From: a virus
Lineage: Duplodnaviria > Caudoviricetes
Length of the DNA: 64,000 bases
Strand: one strand, 5' to 3'
IMG/VR virus record: IMGVR_UViG_3300048502_000089
Coordinates: 24,279 to 88,278 of that record
Part shown: positions 28,823 to 37,679 of the stretch, in pieces
Numbering within the stretch: the stretch's first letter is position 1
How the letters are laid out: each line of letters begins with the position of its first letter
Position numbers and translations under genes: made by a program
The notes under the pieces: generated by a model
Told to the model about the DNA's origin: nothing
Database searches by the model: none
What the model saw: only the letters and a program-made list of their open reading frames with translations

Positions 28823-29211
28823 GATGATACTCCCTTATCTTGCTTCTTTCTGACTGTTGACCAAAGTTCATTTGTCTCTCTACGGAAAGTGGAATGAGCT
28901 TCATCACATTGCCCAATATGTTGATCGAGTTTTTGCCCAAGTTCTTTGATCTGTATTTCAATACGAGCCAACGTAGCCGTGTCAACTGTACTCGCTTTCA
29001 CGGCTACAACATTACTTGTTGATTGTGACTTACTCAGATCATCAATTTTCTTTACAGCCGAATCAATTTTCTCGTCTCGCAGCACTTGTCGCTTCCACCA
29101 TTTGTAAAGAGCGACAAGACCACCACCGCCAACGGCAGCCATAATTGCTACCAACGCATCAATCAATGTTGTAATACTGCTTGAGTCGTTGACTGATTGT
29201 GTCAGTAGCAT
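28819..29211 (-). CDS. Membrane-anchored coiled-coil protein (holin-like)
   Basis: LIDALVAIMAAVGGGGLVALY, then a basic stretch and a coiled coil. Confidence 0.6.
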   Translation of the reverse strand: MLLTQSVNDSSSITTLIDALVAIMAAVGGGGLVALYKWWKRQVLRDEKIDSAVKKIDDLSKSQSTSNVVAVKASTVDTATLARIEIQIKELGQKLDQHIGQCDEAHSTFRRETNELWSTVRKKQDKGVSS

Positions 29212-29214
29212 CAG

Positions 29215-30174
29215 CTAGCTCGTTCCATTATTGGCATTTTGCCTGATATGTTCAGATACACTGAACATCACTGTTGAGCTAGAATCCCAATAGAATTCTA
29301 AGCCTGGAGTTAGGGGACACCAAAAAGGTGTTAGTAAACGTGAACCGCCAGATATATAAGGGCCAATATCCCAATCGAAAAGAACTGGCCCCACATTAGC
29401 GTCCCAGCCACCTTGAATAGGATTTACGGGGACTACCATAATCTCTGAATCATCAACCCACATCCCCACGAGCCCGAAAGTCCCTTCTCCCTCGTTGGCT
29501 TTTAGTTGCCCTTGGAAGACTACTCGAAGTTCACCATACCCACCATATTCAACTCGTTGCTGATAATGTGCTGTATTGACAGGTTGCTGTGACCCATTAT
29601 AAGTAAAAGTTGCTGTCTCCCCAAACGTCTGTTGGGTATAACGATAACCATTTGCCCACGGCCGGCGATCACGCGACCCATCAAACAAAATTGATCCACC
29701 AGAATTGACGTTCACAATATCCCACAGCCTAACTCTACCTGCAGTAGTCGGAGTGGTTGGCCCGTTGATGTTTGTGAAACCAGCTCCAGTGTTCGCTTGG
29801 TCAGTCCCAGTGACCAAATAGAGATTTCCTGCCGCGTCCATTTCTATCCCATACCCACGGTAATTCCCCACAGCGGGCAAGGATGGTGGTGTAAGAATAG
29901 CGTTAGTAACACCGCCAAAAGAAACAGGCACGAGCACTCCCTGCGTATTCACAACATATACTGCGGTCGCTGCAGGCGTCAACGAAAACTCGACCGCTCC
30001 AGTAGTTGCGTTTACACTTCCTACAGAAAGTTGACAATCAGTTCCCAACAGCACACCATTCTGTTGTGAAGTTCCAGCCCCCATACTGTTCAAAATTGTC
30101 TGGAGGTTATTTATCTGCTGTTGCAGACCTGAAAGAATTGGTTGCAAATCAGACAGAGAAGCAATGATCGTCAT
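29215..30174 (-). CDS. Minor tail / receptor-binding-like protein
   Basis: Follows the Tal fusion, is beta-rich, and lies in a lower-GC segment. Confidence 0.55.
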   Translation of the reverse strand: MTIIASLSDLQPILSGLQQQINNLQTILNSMGAGTSQQNGVLLGTDCQLSVGSVNATTGAVEFSLTPAATAVYVVNTQGVLVPVSFGGVTNAILTPPSLPAVGNYRGYGIEMDAAGNLYLVTGTDQANTGAGFTNINGPTTPTTAGRVRLWDIVNVNSGGSILFDGSRDRRPWANGYRYTQQTFGETATFTYNGSQQPVNTAHYQQRVEYGGYGELRVVFQGQLKANEGEGTFGLVGMWVDDSEIMVVPVNPIQGGWDANVGPVLFDWDIGPYISGGSRLLTPFWCPLTPGLEFYWDSSSTVMFSVSEHIRQNANNGTS

Positions 30175-33100
30175 TAGCTCGAAGTGCTGTAAGTAGTTTG
30201 CATATCTGTTACGCGCTCATTACCCTCGTCGTCAATGTTGACCTGCATCGAATAAAGACGCACTGGGTAATACTGATTTGGGTTCCCTGCAGCCCATGCT
30301 GGTGGTGGGACAACCATACGACCGTAATTAGACCCAATGTAGATGAAGTCACCAATATCGTAATCTTGGAACGGCTGCGGGACAGACATTCCATTCTCGG
30401 CAGCTTCGTGATACTGAACTGGAGCCATCGAGTAGATGACCTGTGGAGCATCAAGGAAGAGAACCTCCTCAGTTGCATACGCAGCGGTGATCACAGAACT
30501 CACCACGCTCGAGAGAGATGCGAGCGCTTCCCATAGCCCATACGTAGTAATAGCTGCCGAGCCAACACCCGGAGCTGGATATTGCGCTTGCCCGTATTGT
30601 CCGATCACCGTCATCTGAGTAGTGAGCTTCGATGGGTCGATCGTTCGTGTCAGCGTCGAAAGATTTTGACCATACTTGAAAATAGCATTTGGTTTATCAG
30701 TCCCACGACCATAAATCGTGAATTCACTCTTCACAAGGCCATAGTAGAAGTTCATGATCAGAGTCGCAGGATCTACACGGAAATCGAAACCACTCTCGAT
30801 GTTAGACAATTGCTGGATCATCTGCCCAATGTTCTGGAGCTGATTCACAGTCATCGTCCATTGAATACCATTTGGATTTAGAGGTTGCCCACCACCCGCA
30901 GCATTTGGGTCAATAGGAGGCCCACCAATATACCCAGGGTCGTATGTGCCGAATGGAGGAACCCAGATCCCTGTTGGGTACTCAAAGTTTGTCCGCAACA
31001 TCAAGTCGACAGCAATCTGGACAGGGTCGACAAGATAGTAATACTGAGCAATTGCTGTACTCGTCGACCCAGCCGGCGATCCACCATATGGTGATGTTGC
31101 TGGGCCAACCATTGGATTGACACCGTAAGTACCACATTTGAGAAGTCTGGACATGAGCTGCTGGAACCAACCGACAGCATTCACTTGAACATCTTCTTGA
31201 CCATCCCCAACTGTTTCACTGATTGTCCAGATCGGTCCACTCCACACAATCTCTCCATTGCGGTAGCAAACGAGACAATTCGTGATCGGATTTATGTACT
31301 GCGCGGCTGGATCAAGTGTGTTGATGCTAAACGACGCGCTCTCAATCCCATTCAGCGCTACGTTGATCTGCCGTTGTTTCGCAGCAAACAGTGGGGCTAG
31401 AAGATTGAACCCAGTAAAGATGCTTCCTGTATACGCATAAGTTGGTTCAGCGATATACCACTGCCAATTGACGCTCGGAGGCCCAGGTGCCACGGGTCGC
31501 GGAGAAAGTATGATCGAAGGTGGTGCCGGGATTACCGTAGTACCGAGCGCTCCAAATCCGATCGTCCCTGTATACCCTGTGCCCACAAGAGAAACATTGA
31601 CAACAGGATTTACTACTATCTGGTAGCGCCTACCACGACGCCCAAGAACAAATATCCGAGACCTCTCGGAATTCGTCTGCATCCTGCCAACTAGAGTGGG
31701 GACAGGAATCTGTGCCGGCACAGGCGGTGTGCGCTTGCCATGAGGATCGAGCGCAAAGAAACGTCTCTCATTCGCTGGCGATCGATTCGGCCACACCATC
31801 AAGGGAATCGGGACTTGAGCTGGCGTCGGCATCCATCTCTTGCCTCGAGGGTCAAGAGCAAATAGCCGGCGCTCAAGCGAAGAAACTCGAGTAGGCCAAA
31901 CCATGATCGGGGTAGGTATCTGAGGCTGTACTGGGAAGGAACGCTTCCCGCGTGGCTCAATCATGAAGAAGCGATTACGTGTCGTTGGGTCTCGCTGAGT
32001 CCATGTATTGACAGGATTATTGTGCGTTTCATGCGGCGTTGGCATCCACCGCTCTCCACGCGGTTGCAACGAGAAGAAGCGACCTCGCGTAGAAGAGATT
32101 CTAGTGGGCCATACTGGCGTTGGCACTGGAATTTGAGGTTGTACTGGAAATTCTTGATGCCCTCGAGGTTGCACCATATAGAGACGCACGCGCGTAGCTG
32201 GGTATCGAGTTGGCCAAACAGGAGAAGGAACAGCTATCTGGGGCGGTACGATCATCCATATATGCCCGCGTCGTACTGCAGGTAGCAACCGTACCCTCGT
32301 AGAAGGTGAACGAATAGGCAACACGATAGCTGGGTTAGTGAAATAAATCTGCCCAGGAGTAGTAGTTACTTGTCTACCCTTCCTAAGTGCTGCTACCTTA
32401 CTGCGCCCACTACTAAACCTATTAGGCCACACCATCGTAGGCACTGGGATCTGTGGCGGCACAACAAAAGTTCTATGCCCATGCGGCTGCAACATGAAGA
32501 ATTTATTACGTGTCGCTGGATCACGACATAACCAAGTGTTTACTGGATTCGTATGTGCCTCATGCGGAGTTGGGAACCAATCCTTACCGCGTGGTTGCAA
32601 TGCAAAAAGACGAACCCGTGTAGAAGGAAACCTAGCCGGCCAAACCATTACTGGTGGAAGAAGTTGTGTCGGAACTGGCAACCAACGCTTCCCTCGAGTC
32701 GAAGATTCAAAGCGCTGTATCTTCCAGTCTTGGGGTGTCGGCAAAATTGCTTGGTGGACAGGCGGTACGATGTCATATCGTTTACCTTTCCTCAACGCTG
32801 CTATTTTGCTTCTACCTGAGCTGATACGCAACGGCCAGACAGGAGATGGCCCAGAGACGGTATATGTGAGAACAACTTGGCCAGCCCACCCCGCGGCGCC
32901 TGCGTTGTCCGCATTGCTGGAAGATATGCTGCCACCGCCGCCGCCACCACCTGGGCCGCTAACAGGTGCCACACCAGCAGTATTGAACCCACCGTTTCCT
33001 CCTGGGCCTCCACCCGTTACCGCTGTGCCACCGGCGCCGCCCACGCTACCCGTTCCGGCAGCACCCGCGTTGCCTGTGCTGCCAGTACCCGCCGAACTAC

Positions 33101-33527
33101 CGCCGCCGCCGCCGCCACCGGGGGCGGCGATCGACCCTGCCGCACCTGCAGCGCCCGCGAAGTGTGTCGTATTCGTACTGCCTGTACCGCCCGCGCCGCC
33201 GCTTCCACCAAGAACACCTGGGCTGCCGCCGTTAGCTGTGACCGTAACGGAAGTGCCCGCAACGGTCGATTGTCCACCTGCCGTACCGTTTGCCTGGGCA
33301 GCGCCGCCCGTGCCTGCCGCGCCTACCACGACCGTCACTGTTCCCGCCGAAACAGCGAGCGTCAGCTCTTGCGCGAACTCACCGCCGCCAGCTCCGTTGC
33401 CAGCTTGGAAACTGGTGTGTTTAGAACCGTTGCCGCCACCTCCCGCGCCCCACGCCTGCGCTTCAATCGTCGCGGGCAACCCTGAAGGATTGAAGGTTCC
33501 AGCGGTTGTGAAAGTGAGGACGGTCAT
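30174..33527 (-). CDS. Tail protein fusion: Gly-rich domain, ~12 Arg/Pro repeats, Tal/hub-like domain
   Basis: N-terminal AWGAGGGG...GGGEFA, central repeats, and C-terminal LNGIESASFSI...LVCYRNGEIVWSGPIW...VNAVG...GFDFRVDP typical of siphovirus Gp37/Tal-like proteins. Confidence 0.75.
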   Translation of the reverse strand: MTVLTFTTAGTFNPSGLPATIEAQAWGAGGGGNGSKHTSFQAGNGAGGGEFAQELTLAVSAGTVTVVVGAAGTGGAAQANGTAGGQSTVAGTSVTVTANGGSPGVLGGSGGAGGTGSTNTTHFAGAAGAAGSIAAPGGGGGGGSSAGTGSTGNAGAAGTGSVGGAGGTAVTGGGPGGNGGFNTAGVAPVSGPGGGGGGGSISSSNADNAGAAGWAGQVVLTYTVSGPSPVWPLRISSGRSKIAALRKGKRYDIVPPVHQAILPTPQDWKIQRFESSTRGKRWLPVPTQLLPPVMVWPARFPSTRVRLFALQPRGKDWFPTPHEAHTNPVNTWLCRDPATRNKFFMLQPHGHRTFVVPPQIPVPTMVWPNRFSSGRSKVAALRKGRQVTTTPGQIYFTNPAIVLPIRSPSTRVRLLPAVRRGHIWMIVPPQIAVPSPVWPTRYPATRVRLYMVQPRGHQEFPVQPQIPVPTPVWPTRISSTRGRFFSLQPRGERWMPTPHETHNNPVNTWTQRDPTTRNRFFMIEPRGKRSFPVQPQIPTPIMVWPTRVSSLERRLFALDPRGKRWMPTPAQVPIPLMVWPNRSPANERRFFALDPHGKRTPPVPAQIPVPTLVGRMQTNSERSRIFVLGRRGRRYQIVVNPVVNVSLVGTGYTGTIGFGALGTTVIPAPPSIILSPRPVAPGPPSVNWQWYIAEPTYAYTGSIFTGFNLLAPLFAAKQRQINVALNGIESASFSINTLDPAAQYINPITNCLVCYRNGEIVWSGPIWTISETVGDGQEDVQVNAVGWFQQLMSRLLKCGTYGVNPMVGPATSPYGGSPAGSTSTAIAQYYYLVDPVQIAVDLMLRTNFEYPTGIWVPPFGTYDPGYIGGPPIDPNAAGGGQPLNPNGIQWTMTVNQLQNIGQMIQQLSNIESGFDFRVDPATLIMNFYYGLVKSEFTIYGRGTDKPNAIFKYGQNLSTLTRTIDPSKLTTQMTVIGQYGQAQYPAPGVGSAAITTYGLWEALASLSSVVSSVITAAYATEEVLFLDAPQVIYSMAPVQYHEAAENGMSVPQPFQDYDIGDFIYIGSNYGRMVVPPPAWAAGNPNQYYPVRLYSMQVNIDDEGNERVTDMQTTYSTSS
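31600..32850 (-). repeat. About 12 tandem ~35-aa protein repeats
   Basis: Approximate consensus P.VWP.R.(S/P)STR.R.F.LQPRGKRW.P.P.QIP. Confidence 0.85.
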
Positions 33528-33531
33528 GCTC

Positions 33532-33714
33532 TTACAGCTTCGTCACTTCTGTCCCTACGTGGTTTTCTAGGTAAGTTTCTCCTGGTCCATAGCCCGCGAA
33601 TAGCTGCGCGAGTCCTATCGATACATCGCGCTCAGTAGGGTGCTGTGACCCCGCGCGTATATGCAGCACTACTTCGTACCTTACGCGCTCAGTTGGTGTG
33701 ACTTTTTCGCTCAT
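33532..33714 (-). CDS. Hypothetical protein
   Basis: 60-aa ORF with an upstream AAGGAG. Confidence 0.45.
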   Translation of the reverse strand: MSEKVTPTERVRYEVVLHIRAGSQHPTERDVSIGLAQLFAGYGPGETYLENHVGTEVTKL

Positions 33715-33736
33715 TTAGTATCTCCTTTACGATCAA

Positions 33737-33771
33737 AGAGACGGAACCGCTCGTCGGCTGGTTCCGTCTCT
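33737..33771 (-). terminator. Terminator-like hairpin
   Basis: Perfect 12-bp stem AGAGACGGAACC / GGTTCCGTCTCT with a short T run. Confidence 0.65.
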
Positions 33772-33786
33772 CTATGATCATCTTCC

Positions 33787-34299
33787 TTACTCTTCCCACT
33801 CCGCAGACACCGTGAAGAGGTGCGAAGTAGGGAGAGCGTTCCCCAGGTTTACAAGCGCGAGTCCGTTCGCTGTCCCCAGGAGCACCTGCCATTGCTCGAG
33901 AAGCTCGGCAGGGACATCAAGACCGCTCTGAGTGTTGAATGACCACTCATGAAGCGGGTTAGAGCCAATCGTCGGGCCGGTAGTTCCCGCCGTGGTCGCT
34001 GTGGTGTAGTCAATCCCCGAGATCCCCGTAGCAGTCGTGTAGAGCTCGGTGTTGATACCAGTGCGCGTGGAGAAGCCAGTTCCCACAACTCGCACCGTCT
34101 GCCGATACAGGCCGATCGTCATCTGCTGCGATGTCGGCACAGAAGCGCCGGCACGCACACCAATGAAAAGACGACGAAGCACGAAGCCGTTCGCAGATCC
34201 CGCGACAACTGCCGCGAAATAACCGTTGAACGTCGTGCCTGATGGGACAGCAGCAGCCTGAGCTGTCTGCGATTCGATTGCGACTGCGAAACGTGCCAT
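33787..34299 (-). CDS. Probable virion structural protein
   Basis: Beta-rich, Gly/Thr-rich 170-aa ORF in the tail module. Confidence 0.55.
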   Translation of the reverse strand: MARFAVAIESQTAQAAAVPSGTTFNGYFAAVVAGSANGFVLRRLFIGVRAGASVPTSQQMTIGLYRQTVRVVGTGFSTRTGINTELYTTATGISGIDYTTATTAGTTGPTIGSNPLHEWSFNTQSGLDVPAELLEQWQVLLGTANGLALVNLGNALPTSHLFTVSAEWEE

Positions 34300-34309
34300 T
34301 ATCTACTCC

Positions 34310-34672
34310 TTACGCCGCAGCGCCAAGAGCAGCGCGAGCTGCATTCTTGGCCGCCTCGACGAGATTCTTGGGAGCCATGTCAGAAGACTGGCTCACGATG
34401 TCTCGGACAGTCCCGAGCTTTGCCTCAAACCGCTCGACCTCGTTGACGACACTTCCATCACCGAAAATCTTGTGGTAAAGAGCATCTGCCGCGTCAAGCA
34501 GCTTATGCACTTCGCCAACATCGTAGTTTGGTGCGAGTTCAGTGTGCATCTTCTCGAACTGATTCTCCGTTGCTGCAACCGGGGAAGCCGGCGCAACTGC
34601 AGGAGCCTGAGCCTCAATAGGCTCTTGAGCCTGCGATCCGTCTGCCATCTTGTTCTCCTTGTTGTTGTTCAT
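34310..34672 (-). CDS. Hypothetical protein
   Basis: 120-aa helical ORF coupled to the upstream gene. Confidence 0.6.
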   Translation of the reverse strand: MNNNKENKMADGSQAQEPIEAQAPAVAPASPVAATENQFEKMHTELAPNYDVGEVHKLLDAADALYHKIFGDGSVVNEVERFEAKLGTVRDIVSQSSDMAPKNLVEAAKNAARAALGAAA

Positions 34673-35283
34673 GGCGTCATCTGCAGTTGCAGATTGGTGA
34701 CGTTATATGCGGGAGCTGACCCTGATGAACAATCCAGAGCCGTATCGTTCACTCCCCAAGACCAGTAATTGCCCGCTGTAGAAGCATCTGATATAAGGAA
34801 TCCTACTCCGAGTCCCCAGTCAACTCCTGGGGTCGGGAAGGAAATTGTCACGGCATTGCTCGTCACGGCTGGCTGGGCATTCGTGGCATTGTTGAAATCC
34901 CCTGAGCTAGCTGCAATTGCTACTCGTGCGTACCCAGACCCCGTGACCTCAGCATTCGTGAATGTTCCCTGCTGAAACAAGTCTGAGACCTCAGTCCAAA
35001 TGACACCGTTGTCGTTCACCGTTCCGCCAACGGTCGTCGGCCAAGTTGGTTCTGCTCCCCCAGAAGTCCCGCCAGTCGTGCATTTGAATATGCAGCCTGT
35101 CTGACCAACGAGTGAGTTGAACCCAACTGGGATCACATACGAAGATCCCGCGGTGTAGACCGTTCCTGATGCCCAAGTCTTCGCCGTCAGGATGCCGACG
35201 TAGAACGTAGCCGGTGCTCCAAGAGCTGCTGCTTGGAAGACGGCGTTCAGAATCTTCTGCTGTGCTTGTGTAGTGAATCCCAT
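34669..35283 (-). CDS. Minor tail protein with a small inserted beta module
   Basis: YVGILTA...AEVTGSGYARVAI...NAVTISFP...WG...DASTAGN, interrupted by WASGTVY...FKCTTGGTSG..EPTWPT..GGTVNDNGVIW. Confidence 0.7.
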   Translation of the reverse strand: MGFTTQAQQKILNAVFQAAALGAPATFYVGILTAKTWASGTVYTAGSSYVIPVGFNSLVGQTGCIFKCTTGGTSGGAEPTWPTTVGGTVNDNGVIWTEVSDLFQQGTFTNAEVTGSGYARVAIAASSGDFNNATNAQPAVTSNAVTISFPTPGVDWGLGVGFLISDASTAGNYWSWGVNDTALDCSSGSAPAYNVTNLQLQMTP

Positions 35284-36209
35284 TAGCTTTGCACCAATAT
35301 CTGTGGGTATACCCTAACATGGCCAGGGTCAAGGAGGATTTGCCGGAAAGCTTGAAAGTGTTGCAAAACTCGGTTAGCAGATAGAGGCGCATAATACAGT
35401 GCCACATCTTGAGCCACCGATTGCGTTGTGTTAGTGCTATATGGTGCCGCAATCTGTACAGGCATCTGCACCGTCAAAGCGCTACTCCCATTTGAAGCAG
35501 GATAGTTGCTAATCGAGAAAGAGGTAGAGCTGTTGATGGCAGTAATCGTTGGGCTGCCTGTAATCCGAGCTCCAGTCACAGTAGCCCCCGTAACCATCCC
35601 ACTCGTTGAAGCAACACCAGTAATCGTATGAGAAGCTGTTGAGCACGTACCTGCCGTAAGAAGTTCACTAGCACTTACCGCAACACTATATCCAGCAGCC
35701 GCAGTAGCTACGAGCGCTCCATCCACATAGATATTGATAGTGCCGGCTGACTCATCCATTGTCCCAACGATATGTTGCCCAGGCCCATAGAGCACATTCG
35801 ATGCTGTCAATACAGTTGGCGCCGCCGCGCTGCCAGCTCCCCAGAAACTAAACGTAACGCTGCTCCCAGAGACCACAAGGCTTGCCCATCCAGGCGCACC
35901 AAAGATTGCAAAGCTGTTCCCATTCGGCTCTTGAGCACTCAGAGCCTCGACCGTCACTCCAAGTCTTGTGCTCGAGAATGGCAACCCAGGGTTCAAGAGC
36001 GAAAAGTAATTGCCAACACTCCCATAAACACATGCAGTGGTTATATCGTTCTTACCCAAAGGCGGCCCTTGAAAAGTAGGAGTTCCAACTTTAGGGATCG
36101 TAATCCCACCAATGTCATCAACAACGTGTGTTGCTGCGTCATTGCACTTCCATCTACAAAGAAGGAAGGGGAACTGCTCAGTCTGAAGATCGGAAAGAAG
36201 GTAGGTCAT
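35283..36209 (-). CDS. LamG/ConA-like lectin-fold tail protein
   Basis: HIVGTMDE...NIYVDGALV, DVALYYAPLSANRVLQHF. Confidence 0.75.
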   Translation of the reverse strand: MTYLLSDLQTEQFPFLLCRWKCNDAATHVVDDIGGITIPKVGTPTFQGPPLGKNDITTACVYGSVGNYFSLLNPGLPFSSTRLGVTVEALSAQEPNGNSFAIFGAPGWASLVVSGSSVTFSFWGAGSAAAPTVLTASNVLYGPGQHIVGTMDESAGTINIYVDGALVATAAAGYSVAVSASELLTAGTCSTASHTITGVASTSGMVTGATVTGARITGSPTITAINSSTSFSISNYPASNGSSALTVQMPVQIAAPYSTNTTQSVAQDVALYYAPLSANRVLQHFQAFRQILLDPGHVRVYPQILVQS

Positions 36210-36210
36210 T

Positions 36211-37677
36211 TTACTTCCAAGTGTTCGCCCATGTCACAACGATATAACAATACACTGCACCAGAGGTCGCAATGATCTGAAACTGGTTCAATCCTGGCTG
36301 TAACTGAATGAACTGCGATGTCGGATCGTAGTAGTCGAAAACATTGCTGCCGTTTTGGAAGAGTGTCTGTTGGGCTGAGGCGATAGTAACACCATTTACA
36401 ACCCCCGGAGTAATCGTTGTATCAAGAAGCGTGAAATCACCATTCGTCAAATTGGTGATCGTCGGGTCTTGACAGTTACCCCCAAATGTCGCAACTAGAA
36501 TAACTGGTTGTGCCAGCCAATTTCCTCGATTCACAACCTCGAGTGTCTGCGTAGGATTGTTGGCGTTACCAAGAAGACTCGAGGCAGATTGTGTCCAAGG
36601 AGAAGTCCATCGCGGGTTAGATGCTCGGACAGTGGTCTGGAACTCAGACTTAGCTCTGTTAGTGCTTGTCTGTAATACAGACTTGATCGCCGGAGCTGAG
36701 ATCGGTCGCACATTCTGCACAAAGTCAGATGGCCAGAGAGCATCCACTCGGAAATCCTCGACAATGATGTTCGCCATCTGTGAAGTGCCAACCGCTGCTA
36801 CACCCGCGTAGCCTTCTTGAAGATAACCATACTGCTGAGCTATAGAACCAGAAGCCGTCTGTACCAAAGAATTGGCTACTGGGCTCGCAGTGGTAAGGAA
36901 CGGATCCTGGTCATACACAAGCCCTTGAAAAGTATCTCCAATACAGATGAGCTGGATCCAATAGCTCACCCCCGGAGTCGGAGTAAAACTAATGTAAGTC
37001 GGAGTGTTTGGCCCTATCAGTAGCCCCGTCTGCCCTGTAGTCCCAATGTTGAAAGTAACATACTGGTTACTAGCTGTACATTTCGCTATAACACCAATCG
37101 ACTGGTTGGCCGTAATGATTGGGACAAAAACCTTAGCTGTCACCATATGATCGATGTATTGCCTCAGCGCGTAATAGGCAATTGCCCCGCTCGAGCCAAA
37201 ACGCATCGTCCCATCACCAGGGAAGACCACACTGCCAGAGAGTTCCTGCCAATACGCTGCGCTATTCGACGCCTCGCTGAACTCGTCGTGGACATCCCAC
37301 CAATTGAGCTTTAGCGGAGATTCCACGAGAGTCCCGAAAGCAGCCTCGAGATCGCGCTCCATTCGAGTCGCCTGCATCACATTGCCGGCTTGAATCTCGC
37401 CTTCAATCGTCAGAGTGTTGCCGCCCCAATAAGCGTCATATGGGATCTCGCCGTGTTGAGCTGCCCGCGGCTCGCGACTATCTCTGATGTCTGGCCCACC
37501 AAGACCATCGATTTCCGTGACGTAGTAACGATCAGGACGCCTCCGATCATTCATGACGAGACCGTTGTATTGGACGATCGAATGACGACTCTTAGCGATC
37601 GTGTCAAAGACTGGTGGCGTTACATACTGATATGTCGGAAGTTGCCCAAGAGTTATCTGTGATGGGAAAGTCGCCAT
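36211..37677 (-). CDS. Distal tail protein (Dit) with an inserted beta domain
   Basis: Directly after the tape measure. IDGLGGPDIR...HGE...GNTLTIEG; C-terminal VVNRGNWLAQP...QLQPGLNQF; ~200-aa central insertion. Confidence 0.8.
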   Translation of the reverse strand: MATFPSQITLGQLPTYQYVTPPVFDTIAKSRHSIVQYNGLVMNDRRRPDRYYVTEIDGLGGPDIRDSREPRAAQHGEIPYDAYWGGNTLTIEGEIQAGNVMQATRMERDLEAAFGTLVESPLKLNWWDVHDEFSEASNSAAYWQELSGSVVFPGDGTMRFGSSGAIAYYALRQYIDHMVTAKVFVPIITANQSIGVIAKCTASNQYVTFNIGTTGQTGLLIGPNTPTYISFTPTPGVSYWIQLICIGDTFQGLVYDQDPFLTTASPVANSLVQTASGSIAQQYGYLQEGYAGVAAVGTSQMANIIVEDFRVDALWPSDFVQNVRPISAPAIKSVLQTSTNRAKSEFQTTVRASNPRWTSPWTQSASSLLGNANNPTQTLEVVNRGNWLAQPVILVATFGGNCQDPTITNLTNGDFTLLDTTITPGVVNGVTIASAQQTLFQNGSNVFDYYDPTSQFIQLQPGLNQFQIIATSGAVYCYIVVTWANTWK

Positions 37678-37679
37678 GT

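Noticed and set aside
31600-32850. Tail repeats as diversity-generating retroelement VR/TR
   Set aside because: No reverse transcriptase is present, and the repeats are diverged protein-level units without adenine-specific differences.
32494-33570. Long plus-strand ORFs (358 aa here; also 554..1150, 58339..58929 and others)
   Set aside because: They are antisense shadows of Gly-rich or GC-rich minus-strand genes, with no motifs or RBS.
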